From assembly GCA_947626895.1 (NCBI GenBank), contig CANQTY010000002.1, positions 6,318 through 70,317 on the forward strand: a stretch of 64,000 bases of DNA. The letters run 5' to 3'. The first letter of the stretch is position 1; each line of letters starts with the position of its first letter. The stretch is from an uncultured Bacilli bacterium (GTDB taxonomy: Bacteria > Bacillota_I > Bacilli_A > RFN20 > CAG-449). Below, piece after piece: positions 29,123 to 38,048 of this stretch. The notes under the pieces are model-generated. The model was not told the DNA's origin. It saw nothing but the letters and a program-made list of their open reading frames with translations, and ran no database searches. The position numbers and the translations under genes were made by a program.

Positions 29123-29713
29123 ATGCAAGAAGAAAAGCAAGAAAAAATCGCTTTAATTTCAAAAAAAGAACTCTTTTTTACTTTCTTTAAAATTGGCATC
29201 ATCACCTTTGGTGGGGGATATGCGATGATTTCTAATATTCGTGAAGAACTCGTAAGTAAAAAGCAATGGATTAAAGAAGATGAACTCATCAAAATTATTG
29301 CTATTTCGGAATCGACACCTGGACCCATAGCCATTAATATGGCCACCTTTATAGGCTATAAAAAACGTGGAGTTTTAGGCTCTATTTTAGCAACTTTAGG
29401 GGTTGTTTTACCTTCATTAGTTATCCTTTATCTCATCTCGCTTTTCTTTAATCAATTTTTAGAAATAAAACTAATTCAATATGCCTTTAATGGAATTAAA
29501 GTTGGGGTTTCCTTTTTAATTGTCCGTGCAGGTTATCAAATGTTTGTCAAGATGGAAAAAAATCCTTTTAATCTTATTATCTTTTTCTTAGTGATGATTT
29601 TAATGATTTTATTTGATTTTTTATCAATTAATTTTTCTTCAATCTTTTTTATCTTAATCGCTGCACTAATAGGTATTATTTTCTTTTCCCTTAAGAAAGG
29701 AGTAAAGAAATGA
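29123..29713 (+). CDS. chrA: Chromate transporter ChrA, half-size subunit (first of a pair).
   Basis: FGGGYAMI and ESTPGPIAINMATFIGY motifs. Paired with the following paralogous ORF. Confidence 0.7.
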   Translation: MQEEKQEKIALISKKELFFTFFKIGIITFGGGYAMISNIREELVSKKQWIKEDELIKIIAISESTPGPIAINMATFIGYKKRGVLGSILATLGVVLPSLVILYLISLFFNQFLEIKLIQYAFNGIKVGVSFLIVRAGYQMFVKMEKNPFNLIIFFLVMILMILFDFLSINFSSIFFILIAALIGIIFFSLKKGVKK

Positions 29714-30288
29714 TTTATCTCCTTTTGTTTTTAGAATTCTTTAAAATCGGTCTTTTTACTTTTGGAGGTGGCTATGCCATGATTCCTTTAGTCAAAGAGA
29801 CGGTTTTAAGCCATCATTGGCTAGATGAAGCCACATTGCTTGATTTAATTGGTGTATGTGAATCTACCCCAGGACCAATCGCCATCAATATGGCCACCTT
29901 TATTGGTTCTATCAATGGAGGAATTTTAGGAAGTATTATTGCTACTCTTGGAGTAGTTTTACCTTCTTATATCATCATTTTGCTCATCGCTAAATTCCTT
30001 TCTAAATTTTTAGAAAATAATTATGTTAAAAATGCTTTAAATGGCATTAAACCGACAATTATTGCTTTAATTTTATCTACAGGACTATTGATGTTCATCG
30101 AAGTGTTTGATATTCAATTTACTCAAACCATATCGATGAACTATCACGCCTTGATGATCTTTATTTTATTCGTTCTTATCGATCATCTATATAAGAAACA
30201 AACGACGCGGAAGTTATCTGCATTAGAAATCATCTTAATCTCTATGGGTTTAGGTGTATTTATCTACACGATTGTCCCTACGGTTTAA
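29710..30288 (+). CDS. chrA: Chromate transporter ChrA, half-size subunit (second of the pair).
   Basis: FGGGYAMIPL and ESTPGPIAINMATFIGS. ATGA overlap with the preceding half. Confidence 0.7.
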   Translation: MIYLLLFLEFFKIGLFTFGGGYAMIPLVKETVLSHHWLDEATLLDLIGVCESTPGPIAINMATFIGSINGGILGSIIATLGVVLPSYIIILLIAKFLSKFLENNYVKNALNGIKPTIIALILSTGLLMFIEVFDIQFTQTISMNYHALMIFILFVLIDHLYKKQTTRKLSALEIILISMGLGVFIYTIVPTV

Positions 30289-30979
30289 GAATCGTTTGGT
30301 TATGAATTATCTTTTTTTCAAAGATGGAATAACTTTCCTTTTCCCCGATTACAAGGGAGTCTAATAAAGTGATTTCACAGGATTGAAGATAGAAATATAA
30401 GGTATCACTTACTTCAATATCCCGTTTTGAAGCTTTCCCACATCCTGAAGGATGATTATGACAAAGATAAACTTTACTGGCTCCACTTTTAATCACAGCC
30501 TTTAAGATTTCTTTTGGTGTGCAGATTACACGATCTTCACTCCCAATGAAAAGTGTTTCAATCCTTTGAAGTTCACTTTCATCATTTAATAAAATAAGAA
30601 AAACTCTTTCTTGTTCAATCCCTAGACAAAGGGGTAAAAGGACACTTAAAGCATCCTCAAGAGATAAAATCTTCATTTTCTTTTGATGAAATTCACTTTC
30701 AAAACGTCTAAGTAATTCAAAACTTGCGATAATTCTAGACGCGATAGCTTCGTAAATGCCATCGATTTGAAGTAGTTCTTCCATGGGAATTCTTTGTAAA
30801 CCTTTAAGACTTCCGTAGCGGTTTAATAGCTCATAAGCTAAATCTAATGCCGATTTTTTCTTGTTTCCTGAAGAGATTAATATCGCGAGAAGTTCTGCGT
30901 CACTAAGGTGATTTACACCCTTGTGACGCATTTTTTCTCTTGGTCTTTCGCTTTCAGGTATCTCTTGGATTTTAATCAT
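30278..30979 (-). CDS. radC: RadC-like JAB/MPN domain protein (UPF0758).
   Basis: N-terminal HhH region. YLCHNHPSGCGKASKRDIEVS JAMM-like motif. Confidence 0.8.
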   Translation of the reverse strand: MIKIQEIPESERPREKMRHKGVNHLSDAELLAILISSGNKKKSALDLAYELLNRYGSLKGLQRIPMEELLQIDGIYEAIASRIIASFELLRRFESEFHQKKMKILSLEDALSVLLPLCLGIEQERVFLILLNDESELQRIETLFIGSEDRVICTPKEILKAVIKSGASKVYLCHNHPSGCGKASKRDIEVSDTLYFYLQSCEITLLDSLVIGEKESYSIFEKKIIHNQTILKP

Positions 30980-31157
30980 CCCAAGTAAACTTGAATCCGC
31001 CGGGAAGGGATGTGGATCCTTTATTCGAACGGAACATTCGATAGACTACAACCGCGACAATTGCAGTTGCTAAAACTGCCATGACAACTGTAAGAGTTAA
31101 GGCTTCCCCGCCTTTGAGGCTCAGCATTTCTTCCTGAGTAAGATTTCGATATTTCAT
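30972..31157 (-). CDS. Small peptide with a putative double-glycine leader (MKYRNLTQEEMLSLKGG↓). The predicted 44-aa mature product is a hydrophobic helix with a charged tail.
   Basis: The leader matches the LSxxELxxIxGG consensus. An RBS (GGAGG) precedes the ATG, and the stop overlaps the radC start. Confidence 0.4.
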   Translation of the reverse strand: MKYRNLTQEEMLSLKGGEALTLTVVMAVLATAIVAVVVYRMFRSNKGSTSLPGGFKFTWDD

Positions 31158-31189
31158 TTTTTTGACCTCCTATATATAAAATCCACAAC

Positions 31190-31681
31190 TCAGGTCGATT
31201 TTTTGTCAAAAAATTTTAAAAATTTTCTAAAAGTTAAAAAAATGTAGCAACTAAAGCCATATCCAAGGTAGTTTATAAAAAAATCATCTATGCCTGGACC
31301 GCGATATTTCGGGATAAATTGAAGTAATTCACTTCCTAGAGATATAACTAAACCAAAAAATAAAGAGATTAAGGCACAACGATAAAAAGAAATTCTTTTT
31401 AAAACAAGAGTCATAGTAAAACTATAGCCTAATAAAAAGAATAAAAAGAAATGACCGATGAATTTACGAATCATCCGTTCAAAAAGGATTTCTTTTTGAC
31501 TTCTCATGAATAAGTGCAATATAGAATAAGGATGAATCATAAAAAATTGATGAAAAAAATCACTTATTCCCCGAGAATAAGATGAAGACATTCTTCCTGA
31601 CATCAAAGAAAATGCCATAATTAAGCTAAGAAGGAGTAAAGTTAATCCTAAATGAAGATAAAAAAGAAATTTGTTTTTCAT
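31190..31681 (-). CDS. VanZ-like family membrane protein.
   Basis: 4 TM helices. SELLQFIPKYRGPGIDDFFINYLGYGFS resembles the VanZ signature. Confidence 0.5.
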   Translation of the reverse strand: MKNKFLFYLHLGLTLLLLSLIMAFSLMSGRMSSSYSRGISDFFHQFFMIHPYSILHLFMRSQKEILFERMIRKFIGHFFLFFLLGYSFTMTLVLKRISFYRCALISLFFGLVISLGSELLQFIPKYRGPGIDDFFINYLGYGFSCYIFLTFRKFLKFFDKKST

Positions 31682-31752
31682 CTTTATTAGTATTTCTTTT
31701 AAATGTTGATATATTCATGAATAAAATATTGAAAAGTAAAAAAGATTAATTG

Positions 31753-31790
31753 ATATTAAAAATCGCCATTTCCAGGCGATTTTTTAATTA
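31753..31790 (-). terminator. Rho-independent terminator downstream of the thiT-like gene.
   Basis: AAATCGCC…GGCGATTT stem followed by a T-run on the minus strand. Confidence 0.65.
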
Positions 31791-31810
31791 TCATTTTTCT
31801 TCAAATAATC

Positions 31811-32644
31811 TTATTCTTCTTTTGGAGCTCTTCTTAATAAGATATTTTTAATCATAGGAATAAGCGATAAAATGATTAGAATTATAAAAATAACCATCAT
31901 GAGAATCATCACTTCATCTCCTGAAAAACCACCTTCGAAAGTTTCAATAGAAAGACAAAAATTATATAGACTATAGATAAATCCAATAGCGCTTAAAAGT
32001 AAAGTCCAAAAGGAAATATCTAAATAGAAAGGTAAAGCTTTTAAATTCTTTTCCTCGACATATTTTGTTTCTAATAATTTAGGTACTTTATAGATGATTA
32101 AAAACATCACAACCGCGCATAAAATAATGCTTGGAAGCATGTAACTACCATTATATAGAAGAGAATATAAGAAATTACCTAATTTATCATCACTTGGCCA
32201 ATAGATCATTCCAGCAAGAAAATGACATAAAAATTTACCTAAACCTCCAATTAATACGCCTAAAATAATCCATAGATTACGATGAGAATCTTTTTTTTGA
32301 ATCAAAGGAAAGAAAATACCTGATAGACCAACAAGTGTCCAACCTAAAAAATAATCTAATCCTAATTGAAGAAAAACATGAATTGGATTATTTGCAAGTG
32401 GAGAGATATAAATACCACTTAACATCGTTAAAAATCCTGTAATTAAGCCACATAATAATCCCCATAATCCATATCGATAAGAGAATAAAAAGATGGCACA
32501 CATAGCAACACCTACACTTCCTCCATTGGGCCAAAATGGAAGAAAGTCACAGATAAATCCTTGCATAAAGTCAAGGACAAATCCTAAGGCTGCAAAAAGT
32601 GCCATATCGGTCATCAGTTGAATGCTTTTTGAATGTTTTGTCAT
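31811..32644 (-). CDS. thiT: Thiamine transporter ThiT (YuaJ-like ECF S-component).
   Basis: 6-TM protein with a YuaJ-like N-terminus. A TPP riboswitch lies immediately upstream. Confidence 0.65.
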   Translation of the reverse strand: MTKHSKSIQLMTDMALFAALGFVLDFMQGFICDFLPFWPNGGSVGVAMCAIFLFSYRYGLWGLLCGLITGFLTMLSGIYISPLANNPIHVFLQLGLDYFLGWTLVGLSGIFFPLIQKKDSHRNLWIILGVLIGGLGKFLCHFLAGMIYWPSDDKLGNFLYSLLYNGSYMLPSIILCAVVMFLIIYKVPKLLETKYVEEKNLKALPFYLDISFWTLLLSAIGFIYSLYNFCLSIETFEGGFSGDEVMILMMVIFIILIILSLIPMIKNILLRRAPKEE

Positions 32645-32659
32645 AAATTAAGACTCCTT

Positions 32660-32800
32660 TCAAAAAAAACTTTCCCGTGCAAAACGGAAAAGTGAAAAAA
32701 TCAGTTTTTTCCTTCCGCTAGCATTACCTAGATCAAGTTTTGGTCAGTTTCGAAGAAGAAACTATCTCAGCCTACTTATTGGTAAGCCCCCAAAAGAAAT
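32660..32800 (-). promoter_or_regulatory. TPP (THI-box) riboswitch with a terminator expression platform.
   Basis: The minus-strand read contains GGGGC…GCTGAGA…AACTTGATCTAGGTAATGCTAGCGGAAGGAA (consensus ACCTGATCTGGATAATGCCAGCGTAGGGAA). This is followed by a cttttccg/cgggaaag hairpin and T8. Confidence 0.8.
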
Positions 32801-32841
32801 ATAGCACAATCAATTTTTATTTTGAAAGGAAATTTGTTCTT

Positions 32842-34212
32842 TTATAAATTCTTTTTCTTCCTCGCATTTTTGCGAATAAAGACATTTAAAAAACTCTTCG
32901 CATCAAAAGGACAAATAGGATATAAATACGGAATAGAAAAGATTTTAATTGAAACTAAATAGATAAATAATAAAATCGTACCTATGATTAATCCTTCATA
33001 ACCAAATAAACCCGATAAAATGATGAAAATAAAAGAAACTAATTTATTCCCTAGAGCTAATTCATATGATGGAGTGGCAAATGAGCAAATTGATGACACC
33101 GCTACTAATAATAAAATTTCAGGAATAAATAAACCTAAATCCATGCTTATTTGGCCTAAAATTAAAGCTGCAACTAAAGAAATACCTGAGGCTAAAAAAG
33201 AAGGCGTATGAATGGAAGCAATTCGTAATATTTCTAGTAAAATGGTTGCGCATATTGCTTGCGCAAAATAGCTAATATTTCCTTCATTTGATACATGAAT
33301 ATTTAAAAGATGATTATCGATATCATGATCACTAATAAAGCATAAAAAAGTTGGAACTAAATAGATGGATAAAAAGATGGATATTGAGCGAAGTGTTCTA
33401 GTTACACTACCAACTAATGGGGTTTCCCTAAATTCTTCAACATGTTTTAAATGATCAAAAAGTGTAATCGGTGTAATTAAACAAGAAGCAGATGTATCTA
33501 CCATTATTAACGCTTTGCCATTTAATACCTGAATCGAGGCTACATCAGGTCTTTCTGTGTATTTTACTAAAGGAAAAATCATCTTCCCTTGTTTAAATAA
33601 TTTTTCTTCTAATGCCCGATCTGACATGACTAAGGAATGCACTTTAATCGTTTCTAACTTCTTTCTTATTTCTTTTATCACATCAACATCAATTTTCCCT
33701 TTCATATAGCAAAGAACGACACTCATTTTGGAAATATCAGATAATATAAAATGTTCCATACAGAGATTTTGATCTTTAATTCTTCGTCGAATTAAGGCAA
33801 CATTTGTGATGATATTTTCACTAAAACCATCACGAGAGCCACGGACTACTTTTTCAGCATCAGGTTCATCAATACCTCGCGATGGGTAGGCTCTTATATC
33901 ACAATTAATAATTACATTTTCTTCTTTAAAAAAAAGAATTACTGCGCCACTAAAAAGAAAAAAATAGAGATCTTCTTCTTTCGTTAATAACGATATAGAA
34001 GGAAAAGAACTATCGTTTAATAATTCTTCATATGATTTTACTTTTTCTAAAGTATTTAAAAGATAATGAAATTGAAATAAATCCAGTAAACTTGTTAAAT
34101 AATACATAGAACAAGCGATATTTTTACTAGAAAAATCTCTTTTTAATATATCAAAGTTTTTCTTTAAATCTAAGGCTTGATCTAGATGATTTTGAATATC
34201 TTTTACATTCAT
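32842..34212 (-). CDS. spoVAF: Stage V sporulation protein AF (GerA-family).
   Basis: GerAA-like domain followed by C-terminal TM helices. Directly follows spoVAE. Confidence 0.75.
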   Translation of the reverse strand: MNVKDIQNHLDQALDLKKNFDILKRDFSSKNIACSMYYLTSLLDLFQFHYLLNTLEKVKSYEELLNDSSFPSISLLTKEEDLYFFLFSGAVILFFKEENVIINCDIRAYPSRGIDEPDAEKVVRGSRDGFSENIITNVALIRRRIKDQNLCMEHFILSDISKMSVVLCYMKGKIDVDVIKEIRKKLETIKVHSLVMSDRALEEKLFKQGKMIFPLVKYTERPDVASIQVLNGKALIMVDTSASCLITPITLFDHLKHVEEFRETPLVGSVTRTLRSISIFLSIYLVPTFLCFISDHDIDNHLLNIHVSNEGNISYFAQAICATILLEILRIASIHTPSFLASGISLVAALILGQISMDLGLFIPEILLLVAVSSICSFATPSYELALGNKLVSFIFIILSGLFGYEGLIIGTILLFIYLVSIKIFSIPYLYPICPFDAKSFLNVFIRKNARKKKNL

Positions 34213-34559
34213 ACTTTTGGCTTCCTTAATAAGGCAAAAATAAAGCTAATAATCGTCGAAAATGTGATGATTCCTGATGTAGAAGTTAGCATATTGGTAA
34301 ATATATGTAGATAATTTCCTTCATTTATCCCTTCTTTAGCGCTTTGATATAAAAGATGACCAAAATTCATAATTAAAGTCGATGCTCCTCCACCAAAAAG
34401 ATTTAATAAAGGTTCATAAAGATTAAAAAAGGATAAACTTGCACCAATGACAACAAATAAAGAAACAATATGTCCAGGAGTTAATTTTGTATGTTCATAA
34501 AGTTGTTCACCAATTAAACAAATTCCACCTGAAAATAAAAATGCTAAAAAATAATTCAT
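34209..34559 (-). CDS. spoVAE: Stage V sporulation protein AE (SpoVAEB).
   Basis: 116-aa membrane protein between spoVAD and spoVAF. Confidence 0.75.
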   Translation of the reverse strand: MNYFLAFLFSGGICLIGEQLYEHTKLTPGHIVSLFVVIGASLSFFNLYEPLLNLFGGGASTLIMNFGHLLYQSAKEGINEGNYLHIFTNMLTSTSGIITFSTIISFIFALLRKPKV

Positions 34560-35548
34560 GATTCTTCACCCCGTTTTAATTCTATAGCATGAGCAATTAC
34601 AGGAATATTTTTTCCTTGTAAAGCAGATATTTTACTATGTAATGAACCTGTTCCAATAAGTAAAACATGATGATAATGCTTCTTTTCTAAATCATCGATT
34701 ACTTTGCTAAAAGAAGAAATTGCAAGACATGCCGCGCCACTACCACCTGCAAACTTTTTATTATTTTTTGGATCATAAACCCAAGTTCCAGCATCTTCTA
34801 AATGATTTATCTCTTTGCGGTTTAATAAATCTTTTAAAACTTCTAAACCAATTAAGGATAAATCTCCTGTTAAAATGAGGTCATAATCTTCAAAAGTTTG
34901 TTTTCTATTTTCTAGATGAGAAATTAGTGTATCATAAGCCGCTAGAGCCATAATACTTCCTAAATCCGTAACATCTTGTGTTTTAGAATCGATACTTTTT
35001 CCAAATGTAACGCTACTAACTTCAATATTGCTCTTTTTTGAAGTTACTAAAATTGCTCCTGCTCCAGAAACAGTTAATGTGGTAGCCTCTTTCTTTTTAA
35101 TTCCATACGAAGTAGGATAACGAAATTGTCTTTCAGCAGTTCCATAATTTGAAGAAGTATACGCTAAAGCAAGTTTTGCCATTTTTTTTGCTACCATGAT
35201 ACTTGCTAAACCTAAAGAGAGCATCGAAGTAGAACAAGCTCCATACACACCTAAAAAAGGAAACTCATAATGACTTGCCACATAAGAAGATACAAAGATT
35301 TGATTTAATAAATCTCCTCCAAAAGCAATATCAATATCTTTCGGGGATATTTTTGCTTTTTCAAATAAGATTTCTAAGGCGTCTTGACACATTTTGATTT
35401 CGCCATCTTCATAAGTGTTTTCTCCAGCATATAAATCTTCATAGATGCGATCTAAATAAGTGCCAATATTTCCTTTTGTTTCTTCAAAAGTTGCTACCGC
35501 GCAAGACTTTAAAACATAGACATTTTTAAAAGTAAGAGTTATAGCCAT
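34556..35548 (-). CDS. spoVAD: Stage V sporulation protein AD.
   Basis: 330 aa with a thiolase-like fold, in the conserved spoVAC-AD-AE order. Confidence 0.8.
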   Translation of the reverse strand: MAITLTFKNVYVLKSCAVATFEETKGNIGTYLDRIYEDLYAGENTYEDGEIKMCQDALEILFEKAKISPKDIDIAFGGDLLNQIFVSSYVASHYEFPFLGVYGACSTSMLSLGLASIMVAKKMAKLALAYTSSNYGTAERQFRYPTSYGIKKKEATTLTVSGAGAILVTSKKSNIEVSSVTFGKSIDSKTQDVTDLGSIMALAAYDTLISHLENRKQTFEDYDLILTGDLSLIGLEVLKDLLNRKEINHLEDAGTWVYDPKNNKKFAGGSGAACLAISSFSKVIDDLEKKHYHHVLLIGTGSLHSKISALQGKNIPVIAHAIELKRGEES

Positions 35549-35997
35549 AAATTAATCCCCCATAAATTTAAAAGTGCATAAATGGTACCAAAATAAAAGG
35601 CCATAAAAAAACCAACACTAATGACACTGCCCGCCAAAGAAAACATCATACTTCCAATTCCTCCAATGATTCCTTCACTTCTTCCTTCCATTGCCGCGGA
35701 AGTTAAAGAATTAGCAAAACCTGTCGTAGGTAAAAATAAACCTGCTCCACACTTTTGAGAAATATTATTATAAATTCCTAAAAAAGTAAAACTACTGGCT
35801 AAAATAACTAAAATCATCGAAGCAAAAAAAGATGCATCTATAAAAGAAAAATGAAATACATGAAGGGCTAATTCTTTCATTCCTTCACTAAGTAACCCAA
35901 GTATTCCCCCGCTTAAAAAGGCAAAAAAGGCACTTAAAAAGCGATGTTTTTTTACTTGATGCATCTTTTTTACTTCATTAAAGTGAACATAATCCAT
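35539..35997 (-). CDS. spoVAC: Stage V sporulation protein AC.
   Basis: 152-aa 4-TM protein immediately after sigF. Confidence 0.75.
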   Translation of the reverse strand: MDYVHFNEVKKMHQVKKHRFLSAFFAFLSGGILGLLSEGMKELALHVFHFSFIDASFFASMILVILASSFTFLGIYNNISQKCGAGLFLPTTGFANSLTSAAMEGRSEGIIGGIGSMMFSLAGSVISVGFFMAFYFGTIYALLNLWGINLWL

Positions 35998-36009
35998 ATC
36001 TTTTCCTCA

Positions 36010-36717
36010 TTATCTAGTTTTCCTAGGTAAATGAAGAATATACTCTTTTAATGTAGATAAGATCTTTTTTTCAAGTCGTGAGATTGCAACTTGATTCATA
36101 AATAATCTATTAGCTACTTCACTTTGTGATTCTCCTTTAAAATAGCGAAGCTCAATAATTAAACGTTCTTTTTTAGGAAGCATATCAAGAGCTTCATTTA
36201 AATCAAAATAATCATTATCTTGATCTCCAATCATATCAAGTAAAGTAAGTGAAGATTCCTCATCCAGAGGTTCATCTAAAGAAGATACTTTATAATGAGC
36301 CTCTAGGGCTTCTAAAACTTCTTCTTTAGTTAAATTGGTTTTTGAGGCAATCTCGCTTAAAGAGCACGTAGAAATATCTTCATTAAGGCGCATAATGGCA
36401 CGATAATTTTCATCAGTAGATCTTGAAGAAGAAAGCATTTTTTCATCGCGAAAAAAGCGCTTAATTTCCCCAAGAATTAAAGGAACTGCATAAGTAGAAA
36501 AAGCATAACCTAAAGAAACATCAAATCCTTTTATTGCTTTAATAAATCCTATCATTGCAAGCGATTTAACATCTTCTTTATCTTCTTTTTTAAGATGAAA
36601 TCGATAACATAAAGATTCCATTAAAGGGGCATGAATTTTTAATAATTCTTGATAACTATTTTCATCTCCATTTTGGGCATTTTTAATTAATTCTAGGGTG
36701 TTATCCCTAAGAGACAT
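36010..36717 (-). CDS. sigF: Sporulation sigma factor sigma-F.
   Basis: Sigma-70 regions 2-4. Follows spoIIAA-spoIIAB. Confidence 0.85.
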   Translation of the reverse strand: MSLRDNTLELIKNAQNGDENSYQELLKIHAPLMESLCYRFHLKKEDKEDVKSLAMIGFIKAIKGFDVSLGYAFSTYAVPLILGEIKRFFRDEKMLSSSRSTDENYRAIMRLNEDISTCSLSEIASKTNLTKEEVLEALEAHYKVSSLDEPLDEESSLTLLDMIGDQDNDYFDLNEALDMLPKKERLIIELRYFKGESQSEVANRLFMNQVAISRLEKKILSTLKEYILHLPRKTR

Positions 36718-37144
36718 ATTCTCCTTTTAAGGCAATATTTTTTTTAATAATCACTTTAGAACCCATTCCATATACAGAACGAATTTCAAAATCATCTGCA
36801 AGAGTTTCCATAATAGTAAGTCCCATACCTGCTCGTTCAAGATCAGGTCGCGAGGAATAATGGGGTCTTTTAGCTTCTTCTAAATTTTCAATTCCTTTTC
36901 CATAATCAATAACGATGATGGTTAAAGTCCTTTTTTCTAATTCACAACGTAAAATTACATCTCGACTCATATCAAATCCATAGCCGTGAATAATGGCATT
37001 TGAAACCGCTTCTGAAACCATGGTTTTGATTTCACTAATATCCTCTAAAGAGGGATTTAAAGGAGCAATAAAACTAGAAATAGCAATACGAGCAAGCGCT
37101 TCATTTTCTAGAGTTGCAGAAAACTTTAATTCCATTTTATTCAT
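36707..37144 (-). CDS. spoIIAB: Anti-sigma-F factor (Ser kinase) SpoIIAB.
   Basis: HATPase_c motifs (NAIIHGY, DYGKGI, GMGLTIM). Confidence 0.85.
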   Translation of the reverse strand: MNKMELKFSATLENEALARIAISSFIAPLNPSLEDISEIKTMVSEAVSNAIIHGYGFDMSRDVILRCELEKRTLTIIVIDYGKGIENLEEAKRPHYSSRPDLERAGMGLTIMETLADDFEIRSVYGMGSKVIIKKNIALKGEYVS

Positions 37145-37494
37145 AGTTTTACCCCCATATCTTTACGAAAATCCATGAGTGAATCATATTCTTTCATCAC
37201 GGAAAATAAACCTGAAATGCGTATCACTTTTTTTACATAAGGAGATAGATTAATAAATCCACATCCACCTTTTAATTTTTCTACTTCATTAAAACGACCT
37301 AAAATCATTCCGATTCCTGCAGAATCTAAAAACGAGCAATCCTTTAAATCAAAAAGTAAAAAACGTGGTCCATTACTTCTCATTTCTTTATGGATTCGCT
37401 CTTTATAAAGCATGGTTTTTGATGAATCTAGCTCACCAAAAATTTTAATAACAAGTCCGTCTTCAAAGGGTGTGATTCGTATCTTGCTTTCCAT
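37141..37494 (-). CDS. spoIIAA: Anti-sigma-F factor antagonist SpoIIAA (STAS domain).
   Basis: STAS domain with the phospho-serine motif FLDSAGIGMILG. Confidence 0.85.
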   Translation of the reverse strand: MESKIRITPFEDGLVIKIFGELDSSKTMLYKERIHKEMRSNGPRFLLFDLKDCSFLDSAGIGMILGRFNEVEKLKGGCGFINLSPYVKKVIRISGLFSVMKEYDSLMDFRKDMGVKL

Positions 37495-37536
37495 TTTTTT
37501 CCTCCATGAAAAACATTATAGCAAGAAAAAAAACAA

Positions 37537-37570
37537 AAAAAATAGGTTCGACAAAACCTATTAAAATCTC
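37537..37570 (-). terminator. Rho-independent terminator between the 119-aa gene and spoIIAA.
   Basis: aataggtt cgacaa aacctatt perfect 8-bp stem with a long T-run on the minus strand. Confidence 0.65.
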
Positions 37571-37600
37571 TAAATCTTCGCTTTTTTTATAAATTCAATA

Positions 37601-37960
37601 TCAAATAGTTGCTTCTAGATTTTCTGGATTTTTTAAAAGAAGACGATATTCTTTTAATTTCTTTTCAAGCTCTCTACGATAAGAAATTTTGCTTCTTAAT
37701 TTTTCAACTTTTCTTGTTTTAATATACTTTTCTTGTCTTTTACCCCCGACATAGTAACGACGATAATAATAGTACTTATTATTGATCTTTTTTCTTCCAA
37801 TAGAACCTTTAGGTAAGGAATTAATTTCCTTTTGAAGTTTCATAATTTCCTCTCTTAGTTCATAAATGCTCATTTTTGTCACGCCCTTTTCTTCATATTT
37901 AATACTCGATATTATAGCACACTTTTTTAGGGTATAAAGATTTTTTGATTTATTTATCAA
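37601..37960 (-). CDS. Small, highly basic hypothetical protein (Lys/Arg/Tyr-rich, KINNKYYYYRRYYVGGKRQEKYIK).
   Basis: 119-aa ORF with strong positive charge and a predicted coiled-coil N-terminus. Likely nucleic-acid binding. Confidence 0.35.
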   Translation of the reverse strand: MINKSKNLYTLKKCAIISSIKYEEKGVTKMSIYELREEIMKLQKEINSLPKGSIGRKKINNKYYYYRRYYVGGKRQEKYIKTRKVEKLRSKISYRRELEKKLKEYRLLLKNPENLEATI

Positions 37961-38048
37961 TTTGTTTTTTTAATAGGAATACCCTAAAAAAAGAGAGTAC
38001 AACTTATACCCTCTTTTTACATAAAACTTACATTATTTTAAGAAAATA

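Noticed and set aside
31000-31160. A locally GC-rich stretch (about 45%), considered as a possible small RNA gene
   Set aside because: The GC enrichment is explained by Ala/Val/Thr/Gly codons of the hydrophobic helix in the 61-aa peptide ORF. No RNA family signature was recognised. The overlapping 31021..31209 ORF is an alternative-frame artefact.
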